The notes under the pieces are model-generated. The model was not told the origin of the DNA. It worked only from the letters and a program-made list of their open reading frames with translations, and made no database searches. From the NCBI GenBank assembly GCA_964428655.1, contig CAYRYE010000001.1, forward strand, positions 137,328 through 201,327: a stretch of 64,000 nucleotides of DNA. Direction: 5' to 3'. Below are positions 58,660 through 64,000 of this stretch, in pieces (positions within the stretch are counted from its first letter, which is position 1; each line of letters begins with the position of its first letter). The position numbers and the translations under genes are program-made. This DNA comes from an uncultured Gammaproteobacteria bacterium (lineage in GTDB: Bacteria; Patescibacteriota; Microgenomatia; UBA12405; JAHJSD01).

Positions 58660-60164
58660 GATGGGGGGAAACAAATTTATTTATGACAAAAAAACTTGCA
58701 AAGAAATCGAACACTTTTTTTTCAAGGCCGCCAGTAGTGGCAGTGGTTGGCCATATCGATCATGGCAAAACTACTCTTCTTGATAAGATAAGAGAATCAC
58801 AAATCGCCCCAAGAGAAGCAGGGGGAATTACTCAACATATTGGCGCTTCGCAAATAACGATTAAAACTAAAGACAATAAAGAACGAAAAATTACCTTTAT
58901 TGATACTCCTGGCCACGCTATTTTTACCAAGATGAGAGCCAGAGGGGTTAATACTACCGATTTAGTTATTTTAGTAGTGGCGGCTGACAGCGGAGTTCAA
59001 GAGCAAACCAAGGAAAGCCTTGATCATATTAAAGCAGCCAAAGTATCCTTTCTGGTGGCTATTAATAAGATTGATTTGCCAACGGCCAACCTAGAGAAAA
59101 TTAAGGCTCAGTTAGCAGAAAATGAGGTTATTCCCGAGGATTACGGTGGGGATATAGTCGTTGTTCCTGTTTCAGCAAAAACCGGGCAGGGTATAGATAA
59201 TCTTTTAGAAATGGTGCTTCTGATGGCTGATCTTCAAGAACTGAAAGCAGACCCTACTGGTGAGTTAGGTGGAGTAATTATTGAATCAACCTTGGATTCA
59301 AGACGAGGGCCGCTGGCAACAGTTCTTATAAAGGGCGGCACTCTTAAAACAGGTGATAGTATCTTTGCCGAATCAATTAAAGCCAAGGTTAAAGCAATGA
59401 GAAATTGGTTGGGAAAATCAGTCAGAGAGGCTGTTCCTAGTGATCCAGTCGAAATCTTAGGTTTTAAACAGGTTCCACTGGTGGGAGCTTCAGTGGCCAA
59501 AGAGCCAAAAGAGTTCAAAAGGGAGAAAATTAAGACTATTGACCAGAAAGAGTGCACATTAAAGTTAGTGGTAAAAACTGACGTTGGAGGTAGTCTTGAG
59601 GCACTTTTAGCCAGCCTACCAAATGGAGTCGAAGTGATTCATTCTGGCGTTGGGGAAATTACTGATGGCGACGTATTTTTAGCCCAGACAGGAAGGGCAG
59701 ATATTTTTGGTTTTAATGTAAAAATCGCTTCAGCTGCCAAAAGAGTTGCTAGTCAAAGCGGTGTTAAGGTCTTTCAGGCAAAGATAATCTATGAAGTTTT
59801 GGAGGAAATTGAGAAAAGAATTGAAAAGAAATTAGATCCCTTAAGCGAAAAAGAAATTTTGGGTAAAGCAGAAATTGTTGCTGAATTTAAAATTGATGGA
59901 AAGAGAATTGCTGGTTGTCGGACTACCGAAGGTAAGATTTTTCGCGACGGAAAGGCTCTCTTAATGAGAGGTGAAGAGGTCATTGGTGAAACAGTTGTTG
60001 TTTCAATGAAACATCTTAAAGAAGATATTAAAAAATCAGAGGAGAATCAGGAATTTGGGGCTGTTTTCTCACCACCGCTTGACTTCATTAAGGGAGATGT
60101 TATAATATCCTATAACCATGCAGAATCAAACGCAAGAGAGCAATCGCTTTCAAAAAATCAATAG
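58656..60164 (+). CDS. infB: Translation initiation factor IF-2 (short form lacking the long N-terminal region). The likely start is the ATG at 58682.
   Basis: G domain (VAVVGHIDHGKTTLLD, DTPGHA, NKID) and a C-terminal beta-barrel. Confidence 0.9.
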   Translation: MRWGETNLFMTKKLAKKSNTFFSRPPVVAVVGHIDHGKTTLLDKIRESQIAPREAGGITQHIGASQITIKTKDNKERKITFIDTPGHAIFTKMRARGVNTTDLVILVVAADSGVQEQTKESLDHIKAAKVSFLVAINKIDLPTANLEKIKAQLAENEVIPEDYGGDIVVVPVSAKTGQGIDNLLEMVLLMADLQELKADPTGELGGVIIESTLDSRRGPLATVLIKGGTLKTGDSIFAESIKAKVKAMRNWLGKSVREAVPSDPVEILGFKQVPLVGASVAKEPKEFKREKIKTIDQKECTLKLVVKTDVGGSLEALLASLPNGVEVIHSGVGEITDGDVFLAQTGRADIFGFNVKIASAAKRVASQSGVKVFQAKIIYEVLEEIEKRIEKKLDPLSEKEILGKAEIVAEFKIDGKRIAGCRTTEGKIFRDGKALLMRGEEVIGETVVVSMKHLKEDIKKSEENQEFGAVFSPPLDFIKGDVIISYNHAESNAREQSLSKNQ

Positions 60165-60966
60165 CCTCATTTTAAACAATGAGGATTTCTTAGTGGTGAC
60201 TGACGGCTCTAGTTTTGATTCGGTGGCGTCTGCTACCAGTTTGACCCTGTTGCTTAAATCTTTGGGTAAAAGGGTAACTCTATATTCTCCTAAACCAGTA
60301 AATGCCGCCAATCTTTCCCCTTTAAAAGGGCTTGATAATTTTGTAAATAGGCTGGAGAATAGCAATAACAAGTTGTTAATTACTTTTAATTGTCCGTTGG
60401 CTGATATCGAACGGGTTTCTTCTAGTGACGAGAACGAGAAGCTCAGCCTATCAGTTGAGTTTAAGAAAAATAGTCAAGTTGTTGACGTTTCTCAAGTTAA
60501 AGTAAAGCCAGCTGGTCCAAGTTATTCAGCCGGCTTCTTTATTGGGATTGATTTAGACAACGAGACGGAATTAGCTAGCAAGGGAAGATGGGTTTGGGTT
60601 GCTCAAGCGGGAGCACAAAAGCCCTGGGCAGAAGTTAATGTTATTGAAAAAAAGGCGACTTTGTCCGAATCCATAACCAGTTTTATAAGCCGAAGCGGTT
60701 TTGAAATTCCTATCGAGGTTGCTGATAATCTGTATTGGGGAATTAAAAAAGGGACTAATAATTTTGAGATTGCTGATTCCATTGCTTTGGAAACAGCTGC
60801 CTATTGCTTAAGAGTTAAAGAAGAGGTTGAGAAAAAATTTCAATCTGGGGGGGGAAAAATTCCTCAGGCGCCACTTGAAGCAATAGAAGCTAAGGAAAGT
60901 GGTATTGCCTCGAGTGAGTGGCAAAAGCCGCCCATTTTCACAAGTCCAACCACATCAAAATTGTGA
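60118..60966 (+). CDS. DHH/DHHA1-like (NrnA-like) protein lacking the catalytic DHH motif (degenerate).
   Basis: An NrnA-like N-terminus (FLVVTDGSSFDSVASATSL) but no DHH or GGGH motifs; its position after infB mirrors the infB-rbfA-nrnA synteny of other bacteria. Confidence 0.4.
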   Translation: MQNQTQESNRFQKINSLILNNEDFLVVTDGSSFDSVASATSLTLLLKSLGKRVTLYSPKPVNAANLSPLKGLDNFVNRLENSNNKLLITFNCPLADIERVSSSDENEKLSLSVEFKKNSQVVDVSQVKVKPAGPSYSAGFFIGIDLDNETELASKGRWVWVAQAGAQKPWAEVNVIEKKATLSESITSFISRSGFEIPIEVADNLYWGIKKGTNNFEIADSIALETAAYCLRVKEEVEKKFQSGGGKIPQAPLEAIEAKESGIASSEWQKPPIFTSPTTSKL

Positions 60967-61020
60967 TACAATAATTCCTTGTATTTAACTTGATCCTGGA
61001 TTATCATATTAATATATTGT

Positions 61021-61296
61021 TTGGCTATGCCTTTGACAAAAGAAGAAAAAGCTAAGATAATTAAGAAATTTACCCAAGCAGAAGGTGATACTGGTTCTCC
61101 TGAAATACAAGTGGCCTTACTGACAGCAGAGATTGTTAAGATTCGTGAGCACTTGAAAGAACATAAACATGATGTTCCGGCTAAGAGATCTCTTTTAACT
61201 AAGATAGCGAAGAGAAGAAGATTATTGCGTTATTTGTCTTCTTACAACTTTGATCGGTATCAGGCTTTAATCAAGGTTTTGGGACTAAAGAAATAA
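61021..61296 (+). CDS. rpsO: 30S ribosomal protein S15.
   Basis: GDTGSPEIQVALLTAEIVKIREHLKEHKHDVPAKRSLLTKIAKRRRLLRYL is typical S15. Confidence 0.9.
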   Translation: MAMPLTKEEKAKIIKKFTQAEGDTGSPEIQVALLTAEIVKIREHLKEHKHDVPAKRSLLTKIAKRRRLLRYLSSYNFDRYQALIKVLGLKK

Positions 61297-63443
61297 TGTC
61301 TGGAAAAATAATAAAGAAGATTCTTATTGGAGGAAGAGAGCTGAATTTGGAAATTGGTGATTTAGCTACCCAGGCTAATGCGACGGTTTTGGCTAGGTAC
61401 GGAGAAACAGTGGTTTTAGCTACTGTTGTTTCTACCAAGCCTAGAGATGATTTAGACTATTTTCCCTTGCAAGTTGAATATATCGAGAGGCTTTATGCCG
61501 GCGGTAAGATTAAAGGAAGCCGTTGGGTTAAACGGGAAGGCAGGCCTTCAGAAAAGGCAGTTTTGACAGCTCGATTAGTGGACCGATCAATTAGACCCCT
61601 TTTCCCCGCAGAATTCAAAAATGAAACCCAGGTAATTTTAACTGTTCTTTCAGTTGATCATGAAAACGACCCCATTGTTTTAGCTGGTATTGCCGCTTCA
61701 ACAGCGCTTCATATTTCAGATGTTCCCTGGCAAGGACCAGTGAGTTTTATTCGGGTTGGTTTTTGTGATGGCAAATATGTTATCAATCCCACTAATGGAG
61801 AAAGTGAAGCATCAGAATTGGATTTAATAGTAAGTTATGGCAAGGACGGCGTGGTTATGCTGGAGGGAAAAGCAAAACAGCTGCCGGAAGATAAGTTCTT
61901 CGGAGCGATTGAGTTTGTCCAAGACGAGTCTGAAAGGATTGTCAATTTTATTGAAGAATTAAGGAGGGAAATTGGCAAACCCAAGTTAAGCTTTTCTTTG
62001 TTTAATCCAAAGGCAGTAAAAAAAGTAAAAGATTTGGCTAAAGATAAAATCAAGCAATTAGTTAGTCAGTTGGGTGAGGCAGAAGTTTTTAAAGAACTTG
62101 ATGCCATTATTGAGGAAATAAAAGAGGCTACCGAGGGAATAGGAGTTAATTTAATCAAAGAAGCAGTGGCCAAGTTATTTAAAGAACAATTTAGAAAGAA
62201 AATACTGGAAAACAAGAGAATGGATGGAAGGAAGCTTGATCAGGTTAGGCCTTTGAGAATTGAGGTTGGTGTTTTACCAAGAACTCATGGTTCGGCTATT
62301 TTTCAGAGAGGGGAAACTCAGGTTCTGACAGTAACCACTTTGGGCCCCCTTTCCTTGAAGCAATTAATTGAAAGCCCGGAAGGAGAAGAATCAAAAAAAT
62401 ATATGCATCATTATTTTATGCCCCCGTACTCTGTTGGTCAAACGGGAAGAATTGGCTCACCAAGAAGAAGGGAAATAGGTCACGGTGCTTTGGCGGAAAA
62501 AGCGCTATTATTCGTAGTTCCTTTGGAAGAGAAATTTCCCTACGCTATTCGTTTAGTTTCTGAAATTCTTTCTTCCAATGGTTCAACTTCAATGGCTGGT
62601 GTTTGCGGCTCAACTCTTTCTTTAATGGATGCCGGTGTGCCGATTGTCAATCCTGTTGCCGGTATTTCAGTTGGTCTTGTCAAGGAAAAAGAAAAATTTG
62701 TTTTTCTGACAGATATTGCCGGTTTGGAAGATGTTAATGGTGATATGGATTTCAAGCTGGCAGGAACAAAAAAAGGGATCACTGTGGTTCAAGTTGATAT
62801 TAAACTTAGCGGTTTACCATTATCACTAGTTAAAGAGGCAATTTCTAGAGCCAGAAAGGCAAGATTAGAAATTTTGGAAGAAATGTTAAAAGTCATTGCT
62901 AAACCTCGAGCCAAAGTTTCTCCACATGCGCCTAAAGTGGTTATGCTGCAAATACCAGTTGAGAGTATTGGCAGTTTAATTGGTCCTGGAGGAAAAACAA
63001 TAAAAGGGTTAATAGAAGAAACAGGATGTTTAATTGATGTTGAGGATGATGGTAAAGTAAGCATTACTGGCTCAACTGAAGAATCTGCTGCCAAAGCGTC
63101 TGAGAAGATTGATGGCTTAACCAGAGAGGTAGAGGCTGGTGAAGAATTTGTTGGTACGGTTAAAAGGGTGGAATCATTTGGCGCTTTTGTAGAATTTTTG
63201 CCGGGTAGGGAGGGCATGATTCATGTTTCCAAGATAGGTACAGGTTTTATCAAAGATGTAACCGAGGTTTTAAAAGTTGGTCAAGAAGTTAAAGTTAAAC
63301 TTGATGAAGTTGATGAACGTGGTCGCAACAATCTTTCTCTAATTGAACCGAAAATACAGGGAACAGCACAACCTTCTAGGCCTCCCAGACCACAGCGTTT
63401 TTTTCCAGATAGGAACAAGAGGAGTAGATTTCCATCTTATTGA
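61296..63443 (+). CDS. pnp: Polyribonucleotide nucleotidyltransferase (PNPase).
   Basis: Two RNase PH domains, KH (GPGGKTIKGLIEETG) and S1 (GTVKRVESFGAFVEF) domains; 715 aa. Confidence 0.95.
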   Translation: MSGKIIKKILIGGRELNLEIGDLATQANATVLARYGETVVLATVVSTKPRDDLDYFPLQVEYIERLYAGGKIKGSRWVKREGRPSEKAVLTARLVDRSIRPLFPAEFKNETQVILTVLSVDHENDPIVLAGIAASTALHISDVPWQGPVSFIRVGFCDGKYVINPTNGESEASELDLIVSYGKDGVVMLEGKAKQLPEDKFFGAIEFVQDESERIVNFIEELRREIGKPKLSFSLFNPKAVKKVKDLAKDKIKQLVSQLGEAEVFKELDAIIEEIKEATEGIGVNLIKEAVAKLFKEQFRKKILENKRMDGRKLDQVRPLRIEVGVLPRTHGSAIFQRGETQVLTVTTLGPLSLKQLIESPEGEESKKYMHHYFMPPYSVGQTGRIGSPRRREIGHGALAEKALLFVVPLEEKFPYAIRLVSEILSSNGSTSMAGVCGSTLSLMDAGVPIVNPVAGISVGLVKEKEKFVFLTDIAGLEDVNGDMDFKLAGTKKGITVVQVDIKLSGLPLSLVKEAISRARKARLEILEEMLKVIAKPRAKVSPHAPKVVMLQIPVESIGSLIGPGGKTIKGLIEETGCLIDVEDDGKVSITGSTEESAAKASEKIDGLTREVEAGEEFVGTVKRVESFGAFVEFLPGREGMIHVSKIGTGFIKDVTEVLKVGQEVKVKLDEVDERGRNNLSLIEPKIQGTAQPSRPPRPQRFFPDRNKRSRFPSY

Positions 63444-63477
63444 ACCCTTTGATCTTCTTAGGTAGAATGGTAGAGAT

Positions 63478-64000
63478 ATGGATAAAAAGAAGGTTCAAAT
63501 GGCTTCAGACAAAGATCAGCTTGAGAAATTAGAGGAAAAGATAAAAGGAGCAGGTCTGCCGCCTGAATTAGTTGAGAAAGTAGAGGAAGAGGTCAATCGA
63601 CTCCGATTAGCTAAAGAAGGTTCTTGGTTTTGGCAGGGAATGCAGAGTTTGTGGCATTGGGTCAATTGGATTGTTTCTTTGCCTTGGCAGAATCAAAGCA
63701 AAGATGTTCTTGATCTTGGGCAGGCCAAAGAAGTTCTTGACGAAAACCATCATGGTTTGGATCAGATAAAAGAGAGGATCTTAGAATATATTTCAGTTTT
63801 AACTTTGCAGGAACAAAGAGAGGGTAAGTTAACTCACGCTCCGGTTTTATGCTTTGTTGGTTTAGTGGGAACAGGAAAGACAACTATTGCTAAATCAATC
63901 GCTAAAGCTCTGGAAAGAAAGTTTATTAGAATTCCTTTTGGCGGCTTGGGTGATCCTTTATATTTAAGAGGTCAATCTCGACTTCATCCGGAAGCAGAAC
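63478..64000 (+). CDS. lon: ATP-dependent Lon protease, 5' partial at the window end. It appears to lack the canonical ~200-300-aa N-terminal LON substrate-binding domain.
   Basis: LDEDHYGL-like segment (LDENHHGLDQIKERILEY) and Walker A LVGTGKTTIAKSIAKAL; an in-frame stop sits 15 nt upstream of the ATG at 63478. Confidence 0.8.
   Translation, partial: MDKKKVQMASDKDQLEKLEEKIKGAGLPPELVEKVEEEVNRLRLAKEGSWFWQGMQSLWHWVNWIVSLPWQNQSKDVLDLGQAKEVLDENHHGLDQIKERILEYISVLTLQEQREGKLTHAPVLCFVGLVGTGKTTIAKSIAKALERKFIRIPFGGLGDPLYLRGQSRLHPEAE

Noticed and set aside
62540-63217. 80-aa and 142-aa minus-strand ORFs inside pnp, plus similar antisense ORFs inside dnaK, infB, nusA, the P-type ATPase, murJ, the helicases and the ABC exporter
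   Set aside because: They are embedded in confidently identified essential genes with strong motif support on the other strand; typical antisense open frames in AT-rich DNA.

Overview
This 64-kb window is low-GC (about 35-40%), gene-dense bacterial DNA. It has the hallmarks of a reduced-genome, probably Candidate Phyla Radiation/Patescibacteria-like organism: a short IF-2, a DnaJ with no zinc finger, a short HrcA, an N-terminally minimal Lon, and an unusual number of GT-C membrane glycosyltransferases. Confidently recognised housekeeping content is gap, acyP, a P-type cation ATPase, rpsT, murJ, udg (family 4), two UvrD-family helicases (one with a RecB-like nuclease domain), FemAB-like, MscS, an ABC exporter, rmuC, the hrcA-grpE-dnaK-dnaJ operon behind a CIRCE-like element, nusA-infB-(degenerate DHH)-rpsO-pnp, and the start of lon. 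Four tRNAs are present: Val-GAC and Ile-GAT on the plus strand, and Glu-CTC and Lys-CTT on the minus strand. The accessory content is more interesting. (1) A conserved but functionally uncharacterised DUF134 / NifX-like / two MinD-ferredoxin ATPase gene cluster, followed by a thioredoxin-DsbD-like membrane protein. (2) A roughly 26-kb cell-envelope glycosylation supercluster: six GT-C-type membrane proteins, a GT2, a MraY/WecA-like GT4, a cytosolic GT4, and an FAD-oxidoreductase + UbiA prenyltransferase pair that looks like a polyprenyl-phospho-sugar donor module. (3) Short tandem repeats (hepta-, octa- and decanucleotide) sitting in frame inside the GT-C genes, plus a 36-bp GC-rich palindrome inserted inside a 35-bp AT-rich repeat module that two of those genes share; these are candidate phase-variation/contingency sequences. 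(4) A 677-bp higher-GC insertion at the 3' end of rmuC, bounded by ~100-bp direct repeats, that gives RmuC a new C-terminal tail and is translationally coupled to a 191-aa cysteine-rich ORF of unknown function. (5) A ~1-kb compositionally atypical segment immediately downstream of tRNA-Glu. (6) A pilN/pilO-like pair followed by three surface proteins with Thr/Pro linkers, one of them Cys-rich. (7) A tandem CGGGAG-N6-TGAC direct repeat upstream of gap that resembles a CggR-type operator. Many six-frame ORFs antisense to large genes are treated as spurious.
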